A stretch of 63,363 bases of DNA, filler included, from Candidatus Woesearchaeota archaeon (lineage in GTDB: Archaea > Nanobdellota > Nanobdellia > Woesearchaeales > B72-G16), in NCBI GenBank assembly GCA_003650545.1. It is 3 parts of 3 records of this genome, joined end to end, with 100 filler letters (N's around TTAATTAATTAA, not from the genome) between each part and the next. Parts side by side here need not be neighbours in the genome. Positions count along the whole stretch, not along the records: positions 45,308 to 63,363 come from QMQO01000026.1; 2 more parts are not named here. One strand, given 5' to 3'. The notes below the pieces were generated by a model. It was not told the origin of the DNA. It was given only the letters and a program-made list of their open reading frames with translations, and did no database searches. Positions within the stretch are counted from its first letter, which is position 1. Each line of letters begins with the position of its first letter. Shown one piece after another: positions 50,896 to 59,445 of this stretch. The translations under genes were made by a program, and so were the position numbers.

Positions 50896-51237
50896 CTATA
50901 TTTTGGCCAGGCTTTTGCACCCAACGATCCGACCCGCATCATCGCGGATCGTCTCGTCGACGACATATATGTCGTCTCGGATGCTGTCAGAGGCCTTTAC
51001 AGCCTCGGCAACAACCCGGGAGACGATATATGCCGTCCCGGGTGCTGGATCGGGCAGGCCGGTTACCTCGCCCATCACAGAGCGATTTACCGGCACATCC
51101 ATCCCATCTATTGGGATGGACCCAATCCGTTCGCGGGTCACCCCGCATCTGGCTATGCCAGACGAGGGGATAACCCGCTCTTCATCCCCCACGATCCTGA
51201 TTTCGTGGGGGGTCAAATTTATGACTCTTTTATTCAT
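50896..51237 (-). CDS. conserved viral hypothetical protein (NLTPH family)
   Basis: INLTPH, PSSG.AR, GLPDP, YIVS, VGC..L. Confidence 0.7.
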   Translation of the reverse strand: MNKRVINLTPHEIRIVGDEERVIPSSGIARCGVTRERIGSIPIDGMDVPVNRSVMGEVTGLPDPAPGTAYIVSRVVAEAVKASDSIRDDIYVVDETIRDDAGRIVGCKSLAKI

Positions 51238-51254
51238 TGTCTATTCCCCTTTTC

Positions 51255-51446
51255 TTATTCTGCTCCACAGAACAGATATCTGTCCTCTACCCAATTAAAG
51301 AGGAGGATGTCTATTGTTTCCCCTCTGGCAACAACGTGTGCTGCCATAACATATCCTCTCTCTTCAAAGAGGACTTCGATATTTACCGAAGCAAAAATGC
51401 TTCGGACATACTTATCAACTTCTCCTAAATTTTTCAGCTTCTCCAT
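51255..51446 (-). CDS. small hypothetical protein
   Basis: AAAGGAGG SD. Confidence 0.55.
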   Translation of the reverse strand: MEKLKNLGEVDKYVRSIFASVNIEVLFEERGYVMAAHVVARGETIDILLFNWVEDRYLFCGAE

Positions 51447-51503
51447 CTCCTACCTCCTTTCTTTTGCCTCGGCCCGAGATGGGATGCTTCCACCGAGGGA
51501 GGA

Positions 51504-51589
51504 TGTTATGCAGCCCGGAAGACGGTGGCTGCTGAGCCGACTCCTTTAACCAACAGCTCTCATGTGTCGGCTCTGTCCATGGAAGCTGT
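51504..51589 (-). ncRNA. pseudoknotted RNA motif, copy B (unclassified)
   Basis: hairpin loop GAGCCGAC pairs with downstream GUCGGCUC; hairpin GCAGCC/GGCUGC. Confidence 0.65.
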
Positions 51590-51596
51590 ATACAGT

Positions 51597-51653
51597 AGGA
51601 GCTCTTGGCGTTACCCAGGGCGGACCACGCGGAGGTGGCTCCCGTACCGCCCC
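51597..51653 (-). ncRNA. minimal HDV-like ribozyme, copy B
   Basis: P1 GGGGCGG/CCGCCCU, P2 GGGAGC/GCUCCU, P3 ACC/GGU, L3 UCCGCGU, GG, J4/2 GCCAA. Confidence 0.85.
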
Positions 51654-51659
51654 AATGTA

Positions 51660-51998
51660 TTAGTAAAGGATCACCTTTCCCGTGATCCCTTTCCTGGCAA
51701 AGGCATATACCTTTACCCGTTCCGATCCTTTACCGACACCTCCGAAGAGGTTCCGGATAAATCGGAACTTTTCACCCTCATCCAGTGCAACAAGGGACGA
51801 TGCCTGGCCACTGAGAGCCTTTTCGAGCTCTTCAGCGAACCATTGGCGCTCGTCCCATGCTGCCAGGACGAGGGACTGCCCCGGATATATAAAGTCCAGG
51901 ATCCTCCTACCTGTCGAATAGGACAGGTAACCTGACGGAACAACACGGGTCCCATCAGGTATGATCCTGAACTCATGGCCCAGGACAGCTCCTATCAC
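51660..51998 (-). CDS. hypothetical protein, paralog of 48817-49161
   Basis: sequence similarity; SD. Confidence 0.75.
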   Translation of the reverse strand: MIGAVLGHEFRIIPDGTRVVPSGYLSYSTGRRILDFIYPGQSLVLAAWDERQWFAEELEKALSGQASSLVALDEGEKFRFIRNLFGGVGKGSERVKVYAFARKGITGKVILY

Positions 51999-52042
51999 TT
52001 TTTGTCACCTCCTTTCTGGGATACAATCCCTGATAAAGGAAA

Positions 52043-52228
52043 CTATTTTCTAGCTTCCTCCATCATAAGCCGATGAGTTTTCCTCATCAGCTTGTTGAGC
52101 TGACTGATCCTAGCCAGCTCCCTCTGGGAATAGAATCCCCGAACTTTCGCCCGGGCATCTATTCCCTTTATCTCCCGCAGGAGATCTTTCTTAAGTTCTC
52201 CTGCAAGGAGCAGACTTTTCAAATTCAT
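52043..52228 (-). CDS. small basic hypothetical protein
   Basis: AAGGAGGTGA SD. Confidence 0.55.
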   Translation of the reverse strand: MNLKSLLLAGELKKDLLREIKGIDARAKVRGFYSQRELARISQLNKLMRKTHRLMMEEARK

Positions 52229-52376
52229 CTATTTCACCTCCTTCCTTCGAGGCCTTTTATGGCCTCTTTCAAAAACTCCGAAAAAGGCTTTTTGGCCTTC
52301 TTCGAAGTTCTCCTGCTCCCATGTGGAGCCCGTTTCCTGGGTCCACGTGGGAACAGGACTTTTCCCATGGGGGCTA

Positions 52377-52799
52377 TCAATGTCCCCTAAGAAGGGCCTC
52401 GAAAGGCCTGTTCTTCGGGGTTGCTTCTCGCAACCTCCTGATACAGGCTTTCATCTCGGCCTTCTTTCTAGCCTTCTCAGCTTTCGCCTTGAAGGCTGCC
52501 TCCCTCTTGAGGAGGTCTTTATAGTACTCCTCAAGAGAGAGAGACAGGACGATCCCTGTCTCTCTTGCCAGCCTCTCGGCCTTCCTAACGAGCCGATTGG
52601 CTTCCTTTCGGGCCTCCCTGGTCCAGGGGACCCGATTGACGGCCCTTTCGGCCTCTGCGATGGCCTTCTTGGCCATCTTTTTCTGCCGCTTTTTGGCGGC
52701 AGCCTCTTTGGCGGCTTTACGCCGCCTTAGATCCTCCTCCAGGAGGATCGCAAACGGAGTTTCAATCCCTTTTACAACTAATCCTTTTTGGTCCATCAT
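52377..52799 (-). CDS. Ala/Lys/Arg-rich helical protein
   Basis: start moved to SD-supported ATG (MMDQK). Confidence 0.6.
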   Translation of the reverse strand: MMDQKGLVVKGIETPFAILLEEDLRRRKAAKEAAAKKRQKKMAKKAIAEAERAVNRVPWTREARKEANRLVRKAERLARETGIVLSLSLEEYYKDLLKREAAFKAKAEKARKKAEMKACIRRLREATPKNRPFEALLRGH

Positions 52800-52842
52800 T
52801 TTGGACCTCCTTTCTGGGGCTGAAAAGAAATAATCACGACAT

Positions 52843-52927
52843 GCTGCATGCAGCTCCTCCATACAGCTGCCGGAGCCGATTTCCATCTACAGCAGCTCCC
52901 ATGCATCGGCTCAAAAATGAGAGCTGT
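52843..52927 (-). ncRNA. pseudoknotted RNA motif, copy A (unclassified)
   Basis: loop GAGCCGAU pairs with AUCGGCUC; hairpin GCAGCU/AGCUGC; covaries with copy B. Confidence 0.65.
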
Positions 52928-52933
52928 TCCATT

Positions 52934-52989
52934 GGGAGCTCTTGGCGTTACCCAGCCCGAACCACGTGGAGGTGGCTCCCTCTCGGGCC
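52934..52989 (-). ncRNA. minimal HDV-like ribozyme, copy A
   Basis: P1 GGCCCGA/UCGGGCU, P2 GGGAGC/GCUCCC, P3 ACC/GGU, L3 UCCACGU, GG, J4/2 GCCAA. Confidence 0.85.
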
Positions 52990-53579
52990 ATCGCTGAGCA
53001 CTACTGTTTGCTCAGTAGGCGTTGGTCACCCGGACGCACTCCCCGGGTAAAAAAAGAAAATGTTTTATTTTGACCCCCTTTACCTGATGAACCACGTAAC
53101 TGGTCAGAGGTGTCTAACCAGTCCGGGCTCATCAGGCAGCCTCATCTGAGGAGAAGGGAAATTAATCTCTTCCCCTCAGATGAGCCTTCAGGTTCCTCCT
53201 CCTCCTCACGGAGAAGGGAACCCGAAGGTCCGGAGAGGTCTCCTTCCTCCGGAGATATACCAATCCCCTTTGGACGAAGACCTCTCCTTGGCATTGGAGA
53301 AGGTCGAGTCGGTCTTGTGAGACCAATCCGACCTTCCCGATGCAAGAAACGTCTCTCATCTCTTTCACCTCCTTTCGGATTATTGTTTTATGCAAAATGC
53401 AAGGGATTAATCCACTTATCCCATTCCTGCAATCACGCTAAGGACCGGAACCAGCCCCGAGGAACATATCCCATATATATTCCTCGATTCTCATCTAGGC
53501 ATCCCCCTTCATGCTCCTCCGGATAACTTCGACGGAGAAGAACATGAAGGTTTCAGCCTTCGACCGACTGACTCTCATC

Positions 53580-53762
53580 CTATGAGAGCCAGTCGATCTC
53601 CTCTTCCTCCCTCTTAAGGAAGGAGAGTATCTCTTCCTTGAGATACTCTTTTCCTTCCCAATCGAGGGAATGGAGGACTTCATGTAGCAATTTTCTTGCT
53701 ACAATTATCCTCCATCCCTCGGAGGAGGAGGAAGAGGGATTAACACGAGGATAATCCCTCAT
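53580..53762 (-). CDS. small hypothetical protein
   Basis: AAAGGAGGTGA SD. Confidence 0.45.
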   Translation of the reverse strand: MRDYPRVNPSSSSSEGWRIIVARKLLHEVLHSLDWEGKEYLKEEILSFLKREEEEIDWLS

Positions 53763-53898
53763 GGGCGATCACCTCCTTTCTTCCTCCCAATAGGACCGCC
53801 CCTGCTATTGGGAGGTTATTTTTTCGAGGTCCCATGTATCACGCTCTCCCATAAGACTGGGGGGCGTGAAACAAAGAACCCCGAATAAAAAAATACAT

Positions 53899-54118
53899 AC
53901 CATTCCCCGTGAAAATTGGAACCCATTTTTGTTCCACACAAACCATTCCCCGTGAAAATTGCAACAAAAAATTGCTGCACGTAAGATATTCCCCGCGAAA
54001 AATAGTAGAAAAATCTGTCATACATAAGCCTCTCCCTTGCAAACCATCCCGCGTAGAATTTACGTTTGTGTTAGTAAAGAAATCCATCCCGCGTAAACCA
54101 TTCCCCGTGAAAATTGCA
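53899..54118. repeat. iteron/operator-like direct repeats
   Basis: CCATTCCCCGTGAAAATTG x3 (about 53900, 53943, 54098) plus CCATCCCGCGTA x2. Confidence 0.8.
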
Positions 54119-54178
54119 CCAGAAAATTGCAGCAAATAATTGCAGTAAAAAATAATGGTGTTTAGTATGTTTTTGTAC

Positions 54179-54207
54179 TTGACTGCGGGGAGGTGGTGTG
54201 GTATAAT
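54179..54207 (+). promoter_or_regulatory. sigma70/sigmaA promoter with extended -10
   Basis: TTGACT-17nt-TATAAT with TG at -15/-14, heading the plus-strand arm. Confidence 0.8.
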
Positions 54208-54395
54208 GATAGTAGGATGACAAATAAAATAAATCTTCTTTTTTAGCCGCCGTTTTTTTGGGAGCTGAGCAAGGGGGTATTGCTTACTTTACAGTTCTAC
54301 TAATTAGGGTCCGGGTCACATCGAAGCTGCCGTGGTTCCCGCCCGTGTCTGCGGGGCTTCGATGGACCCGGCTAAAAAGTATGGGAGGTGTCAAG

Positions 54396-54764
54396 ATGGA
54401 AGATAAATCAACCAGACGCAAGAGACGCAAAAAATACTTTTTGAGGGCACTTGCTGCAGCAGCCGGCATAGTTATACTCGGAATATTAATGTTCGGCCTC
54501 GAATATACCGCTTTGATGTGGAACAAATTTTTTGGTCCCCGTAAAGAAAGTGTGAGGAGAACAGTATTTAAAGCAACCAGATCCTATAACGAAGCTAAAC
54601 TCCAGGATCTCACAAGGTATCGGCTCCAGTATCTGAGAGCAACTACAGAGGAAGAAAAAAATGCCCTGGCCTCGACTATAAGACATCAGTTTGCTGAGTA
54701 TGATGAAAATAAATTGCCGCCGGAGCTTAGGGACTTTTTGAGGAATATCAAATATGGAGGCTAG
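54396..54764 (+). CDS. single-TM phage protein
   Basis: GGAGGTG SD before MEDK; basic N-terminus then TM. Confidence 0.65.
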   Translation: MEDKSTRRKRRKKYFLRALAAAAGIVILGILMFGLEYTALMWNKFFGPRKESVRRTVFKATRSYNEAKLQDLTRYRLQYLRATTEEEKNALASTIRHQFAEYDENKLPPELRDFLRNIKYGG

Positions 54765-54804
54765 AGGAAGTAAGAGGGATAAAATAAGAAGGAGGTGAGA
54801 GTAA

Positions 54805-55317
54805 ATGAAGGAACTTAAGCTGAAAAAACTTCTAGCAGCTGTTCTGATTACTGGAACAGCATTTGGGTTATTGGGTTGCAGAATACCTGATAGAGACGCA
54901 GAAAAAATAATGAATAAAAGAACTAAGGAGGCCATGAAAGAAGCTTATGCCCAAATAGGTATGCCGGCTATTAAGAACTTCCAGGAACGAAAATTAGCCA
55001 AGATGATCTTCGAGCTGAGAGATCGCGAAGACCTTATTTGTTACGCATACCTTAAAAGCGATTATACGGGGAAGCTTGTTTACCTTGGGAAATGTATAGG
55101 CTATGGTCTTCCCTACTCAGTGCAGTATACTAATCCAATGCAAGTAGTGCGATTAATTGGCGGAAAATATGGTACAATTCCACAAGCAGATCCTAATGGA
55201 CTATATATGCCCACCGGATTGTCTGCTACATGGTTGATGATGCTAGATAAAGATGGTAATCCGAGGCCGGTATATATAGAACCGGAGATAGTTGTGTCGC
55301 CGTTTCCATTGCACTGA
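54805..55317 (+). CDS. phage lipoprotein
   Basis: lipobox LLGC; GYGLPYSVQYTNP, QADPNGLY. Confidence 0.7.
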   Translation: MKELKLKKLLAAVLITGTAFGLLGCRIPDRDAEKIMNKRTKEAMKEAYAQIGMPAIKNFQERKLAKMIFELRDREDLICYAYLKSDYTGKLVYLGKCIGYGLPYSVQYTNPMQVVRLIGGKYGTIPQADPNGLYMPTGLSATWLMMLDKDGNPRPVYIEPEIVVSPFPLH

Positions 55318-55375
55318 GGCTGTAAAACGTGTATTTTAGTCCAAAAAAAATAATCATTATAAGGAGGTTTTTATT

Positions 55376-55588
55376 ATGCCTAATAGCTATACTAATCCTA
55401 AGGGTGTTACCTATTATTTCCACAAAGTGGGACATTTGAAATTCTTTTCCAAGGATGAATACTACAAGGGCAGGCCGCCCGATGAGATACCGAAAGATTG
55501 CATAATAGTGGTTAATAAAAAAACCGGCCTTCCCTTCGTGAAGAAGCTCAAAGAGGTCAAGCAGAATGACGATAAGGGTGTTACGTGA
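55376..55588 (+). CDS. small hypothetical protein
   Basis: AAGGAGG SD; NKKTGLPFVKK. Confidence 0.6.
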   Translation: MPNSYTNPKGVTYYFHKVGHLKFFSKDEYYKGRPPDEIPKDCIIVVNKKTGLPFVKKLKEVKQNDDKGVT

Positions 55589-55650
55589 GCCGCGTAGTGC
55601 AAACACGTGGTGCAATAAAGTCTAAATAATTCAAAAAAAGCTATCGGAGG

Positions 55651-56454
55651 ATGGATGGTATGACGGTTAGGCCTTATTACGAAAAAGGAAACTTTAAACT
55701 GTATCACGGTGACTGTGTAGACGTAATGAAATCTTTTCCCGCCGAAAGTTTCGATATGATTTTCGCTGATCCGCCATACCATCTGTCCAACGGCGGCTTT
55801 ACCTGCCACGGAGGGAAGAGAGTGTCTGTTAATAAAGGAGAGTGGGATAGAAGCATGGGTGCAGCCGATGACTTTAACTTCCATTTGAGGTGGATCAAAG
55901 CATGCAGAAGAGTTCTGAAGAAAAACGGAACTATCTGGATCAGCGGTACCTATCACTCTATCTATGCATGCGGATTTGCTCTCCAGCTTGCAGGATACAG
56001 GATCCTTAATGACATAACATGGTATAAACCCAATGCGTCTCCCAATCTGGGATGCAGATGTTTCACTGCAAGTCATGAGTCACTGATCTGGGCATCGAAA
56101 GATCCAGATGCCAGACACACGTTCAATTATGATGCGATGAAAAATGGTAACTGGCACGAGAGGGATATGTTGAAAAAACAGGGGAAACAGATGCGTTCTG
56201 TCTGGTCCATTGCTACACCTAAACAGAGTGAAAAAAAGTCTGGTAAACATCCGGCGCAGAAGCCTGAAGAGTTGCTGAGGAGGATTATTCTGGCCGCCAC
56301 TGATGAGGGTGACTTGATCCTTGATCCGTTTACGGGAAGCTCAACAACCGGCATGGTCGCCTGTATGCACTGTAGAGGGTTCGTTGGTGTAGATACCGAA
56401 AAAGACTACCTCGACCTGTCTGTCAGACGGTTTGAGTCTGTTTTTTGTGTATAG
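55651..56454 (+). CDS. beta-class N6/N4 DNA methyltransferase (DpnB-like)
   Basis: FADPPY..SNGG...VSVNKGEWD before HPAQKP and DPFTGSSTT. Confidence 0.9.
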   Translation: MDGMTVRPYYEKGNFKLYHGDCVDVMKSFPAESFDMIFADPPYHLSNGGFTCHGGKRVSVNKGEWDRSMGAADDFNFHLRWIKACRRVLKKNGTIWISGTYHSIYACGFALQLAGYRILNDITWYKPNASPNLGCRCFTASHESLIWASKDPDARHTFNYDAMKNGNWHERDMLKKQGKQMRSVWSIATPKQSEKKSGKHPAQKPEELLRRIILAATDEGDLILDPFTGSSTTGMVACMHCRGFVGVDTEKDYLDLSVRRFESVFCV

Positions 56455-56506
56455 TTCTCCGAACCTGTTTACAAGACGATGCTTCGTAATACTGGAGGTG
56501 ATTTAG

Positions 56507-56845
56507 TTGGATATTGGGAGTTTTCCCGATGTTTTCGATATTACTGCTGCAGTTGTAAATACCATAGCTCATCAGAAAGGATGGTGGGATGTTCCTAGAG
56601 AGGATGGAACAGCTGTAGCATTGATGCACAGTGAATTGTCAGAGGCATTGGACTATATGAGGAATGGAAATCCTCCCTCCGACCATATACCTGAATACAG
56701 TGGCGTGGAAGAAGAATTAGCTGATGTCATAATAAGGATAATGGATTATGCCGCGGAGAAGGGTTATGATGTCGGTAGGGCCTTGTTGGCTAAGATTGAA
56801 TATAATGCGCAAAGGGAGTATCGCCATGGGGGTAAGATATTTTAG
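56507..56845 (+). CDS. MazG-like NTP pyrophosphohydrolase
   Basis: LMHSELSEALD, EEELADVIIRIMD, K..YN..R. Confidence 0.8.
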   Translation: MDIGSFPDVFDITAAVVNTIAHQKGWWDVPREDGTAVALMHSELSEALDYMRNGNPPSDHIPEYSGVEEELADVIIRIMDYAAEKGYDVGRALLAKIEYNAQREYRHGGKIF

Positions 56846-56962
56846 ACTTGCAAGGGGGTGCTGACAATGAAGTATGGATTGGACAGTTTTCTTCTTGGTG
56901 CGACTTTGCTAACGATTTTTGCATGGGTGACATATCTGTTGATAATATGGATGTGATGTATC

Positions 56963-57187
56963 ATGCCGACTTATGTATATTACTGTGAAAACTGTAAAAA
57001 AGAATTTGAGGTTTTTCAGGGGATTAACGATCCTCCGCTTAAAAAGTGCCCCAAGTGTGGCACAAAGCCCGAGCGGCTGATAGGAACAGGCGGCGGCATC
57101 ATATTCAAAGGGAAGGGGTTTTATGCAACCGATTATAGAAGCGAAGAATACAAAGCAAAAAAAAGTAAAGAGCGGACAGAAGGATAA
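56963..57187 (+). CDS. FmdB-family Zn-ribbon protein
   Basis: MPTYVYYCENC..CPKC..IFKGKGFYATDY. Confidence 0.9.
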   Translation: MPTYVYYCENCKKEFEVFQGINDPPLKKCPKCGTKPERLIGTGGGIIFKGKGFYATDYRSEEYKAKKSKERTEG

Positions 57188-57212
57188 ATATCGCAGAGGT
57201 ATAGAATACCTC

Positions 57213-58151
57213 ATGAACTGTGTAACCACCCAGTGGATTATCCTTACTGAGAATAATTCCTCTGTCCGCAGTTTTGTGGATGCGAACTGGCAGAAATGGG
57301 TTATAGATCCGGAGGCGCTGATTGCTGTTACTCTGCTTGTAGGAAGGTTCTCTCCGCCGCTGTTTGACAGGGCCCTTAGATGGATAGTGAAAAATGGTTC
57401 GTCTGTCTCTGTTCCCCGTCTTTTGAAGGTAATGAAAATATTTCCCCCGCTTATCGATGCAAGGATCGCGGGAGGTATATCTGATTATGTGTGTGAATTT
57501 GGAAGTCTCGGAGATGATGCCATGGATGACTGGATTTACATGGGTTCTGTTGCAAGAGAATGTATAGAGAGGTCTTCAAGGAAAGATGCAAGTGTTGCAT
57601 TTTTTCTTGGAGTTGATGAATATATTGACGCTGAAGGAGCATTCCCGGATGCTTCCGCAGGCGGCAGAAATGCTGATCCGATATTTGAGAGATGGGGAGT
57701 TATTAGACATAGGTTCTCTGCCGGCTTTCATACTATTGGCAATAGTTCCGTTCCTGCCGGCATAAGGATCAGAATCGGGGAGAAACTGGATTCGAGAGTT
57801 CTTGGTGATATAATTGCGTATATCGGTATAGCAAAAAGCCGCCATTTTGGTACATCCAGAAGCCTGGCAGAAAATCTCTATTATCCTCGCGATAGAATAT
57901 CAGACGCTGTTGAGGATGGCATAGACAGAGGGTTACTGCGCAAGGGCAGGAACGATTATTTTTCTCTGTCTGATTCAGGGTTTGACCTTCTGGCCGAGGA
58001 GGGGTGTGAGGATGCACTGTGGAATACTGACTGGGTAATCACATATTCGGGTCTTTCGTTCGGATTGTCGTTTGTTTCTGGATACTTTGATGAAGAGATG
58101 GATATGCTCTATACTGAGCTGTGTAATCTGCTTGAAGGAGGTGACAAATGA
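57213..58151 (+). CDS. hypothetical protein with C-terminal wHTH-like segment
   Basis: IDPEAL..R.SP.LFD.AL.W...NG. Confidence 0.5.
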   Translation: MNCVTTQWIILTENNSSVRSFVDANWQKWVIDPEALIAVTLLVGRFSPPLFDRALRWIVKNGSSVSVPRLLKVMKIFPPLIDARIAGGISDYVCEFGSLGDDAMDDWIYMGSVARECIERSSRKDASVAFFLGVDEYIDAEGAFPDASAGGRNADPIFERWGVIRHRFSAGFHTIGNSSVPAGIRIRIGEKLDSRVLGDIIAYIGIAKSRHFGTSRSLAENLYYPRDRISDAVEDGIDRGLLRKGRNDYFSLSDSGFDLLAEEGCEDALWNTDWVITYSGLSFGLSFVSGYFDEEMDMLYTELCNLLEGGDK

Positions 58152-58429
58152 TGAAAGAGACAGGAGACGTTGATATAGTGAAATGCGCTAAATGCGGTTC
58201 GCTGGATATTGTTGCAAAGATAAGAGAGACGAGATATGTCATGCTTTCGTATATGAAGCTTGATTCAGGAGAAATAGTAAGAGGCTTTGAAAGTGTTTCT
58301 ATTGGAGACAGCGGGGGTTTGTCGGCGGATGTAGAAATAATTGAATATATAGGGTGCAATAAATGCAATTCCAGAGATATTGTTCCGGCTACCGCCGATG
58401 ATGTAGATGCGGACTCGATAGATGCATAG
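58148..58429 (+). CDS. Zn-ribbon protein
   Basis: CAKC..CNKC. Confidence 0.55.
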   Translation: MMKETGDVDIVKCAKCGSLDIVAKIRETRYVMLSYMKLDSGEIVRGFESVSIGDSGGLSADVEIIEYIGCNKCNSRDIVPATADDVDADSIDA

Positions 58430-58458
58430 TAAATCGGGAAGACTATAAGGAGATCAAA

Positions 58459-58968
58459 ATGACCAGAGATGATATTTTTAAGATACGGGATATAATAGAG
58501 GCCAGACTTCCTGATTGTTATCCTCCTATTACTATAGTTCTGGAAGAAGATCTCCCATCCATGGTGAATATCATAGTTCTGGAACAAATGGGGGGTGACT
58601 ATGATGTAAAGACATATGATACAATTTACAAGGAATTGGATGGGGTTGCAGATGATGTATTGAAAAGAACGGTAGGGATTGCTGAATGGGATGTTGGTTC
58701 AAGTGATGGAAGGTATATAGTCCATTTCAATTATGATGCATTAAAAGATGAGTCACCTCCCGTTGTGGCATTCTATATCCTCCATGAAATATATCATGGA
58801 TATCAAGGTGAGTATATGCCCGAATTGGTGGCTCGAGTATCTGATCACACATGGCTTGAGTATTTGGAAGATGAGGCTGACAGATTTGCTTCGAAATGGA
58901 TTGATAAAATGCTTGATGAGGGACTGTTGCCGATAGATGGTTCACTTGAAGACTTTGGAAGTAATTAA
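58459..58968 (+). CDS. ImmA/IrrE-like metallopeptidase
   Basis: ILHEIYH...EDEADRFA. Confidence 0.7.
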   Translation: MTRDDIFKIRDIIEARLPDCYPPITIVLEEDLPSMVNIIVLEQMGGDYDVKTYDTIYKELDGVADDVLKRTVGIAEWDVGSSDGRYIVHFNYDALKDESPPVVAFYILHEIYHGYQGEYMPELVARVSDHTWLEYLEDEADRFASKWIDKMLDEGLLPIDGSLEDFGSN

Positions 58969-59208
58969 GGGGGTATAATTATGATTAGAGATTATAATGT
59001 TCCTGTGTCTTTGAGTTGTGATGGATCGTGTGAGAACTGTAATAACTTTGATGATGACGATAATATTGGATGCTGTGTTAATCTTCTTAAGGTTATTGAA
59101 GGAAACACCGATCCTGTTCCCGATGATGTTCGGAATATTTATGATGATCAGATTACCTACACTTGAGAAAAAGTGTAGGTAATTTGATCATTTAGTTTTG
59201 CAAAGGGT

Positions 59209-59436
59209 GTGATCATAGTGCCAATTAAATGTTTAAGATGTGATGATGTTTTGCCCTCCAATACCATGGGAATGCCTCTTCAGTGTATTTGCGGCGCTAT
59301 AACTGTTGTTGGAGATGATCTTCAACTGAGGGTATTTCGAACATTTGGTGATGGCCCAGGAGAAGGGTATGAATTTGTTACAGAGGATGAAGCGGAGAAA
59401 GCAAGAAGAAAAGGTAAACTGAGAGGAAAGGAGTGA
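59209..59436 (+). CDS. small Cys-containing protein
   Basis: IKCLRCDD..CICGAI.V.G. Confidence 0.5.
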   Translation: MIIVPIKCLRCDDVLPSNTMGMPLQCICGAITVVGDDLQLRVFRTFGDGPGEGYEFVTEDEAEKARRKGKLRGKE

Positions 59437-59445
59437 ATTAGAGTA

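Noticed and set aside
52990..53060. tRNA upstream of the HDV-like ribozyme
   Set aside because: No cloverleaf or T-loop consensus seen
53083..53136. CTGATGA as hammerhead ribozyme core
   Set aside because: It is paired with TCATCAG in a hairpin and there is no properly placed GAAA
53899..54118. CRISPR array
   Set aside because: Irregular spacing, spacers contain related sub-repeats, no cas genes
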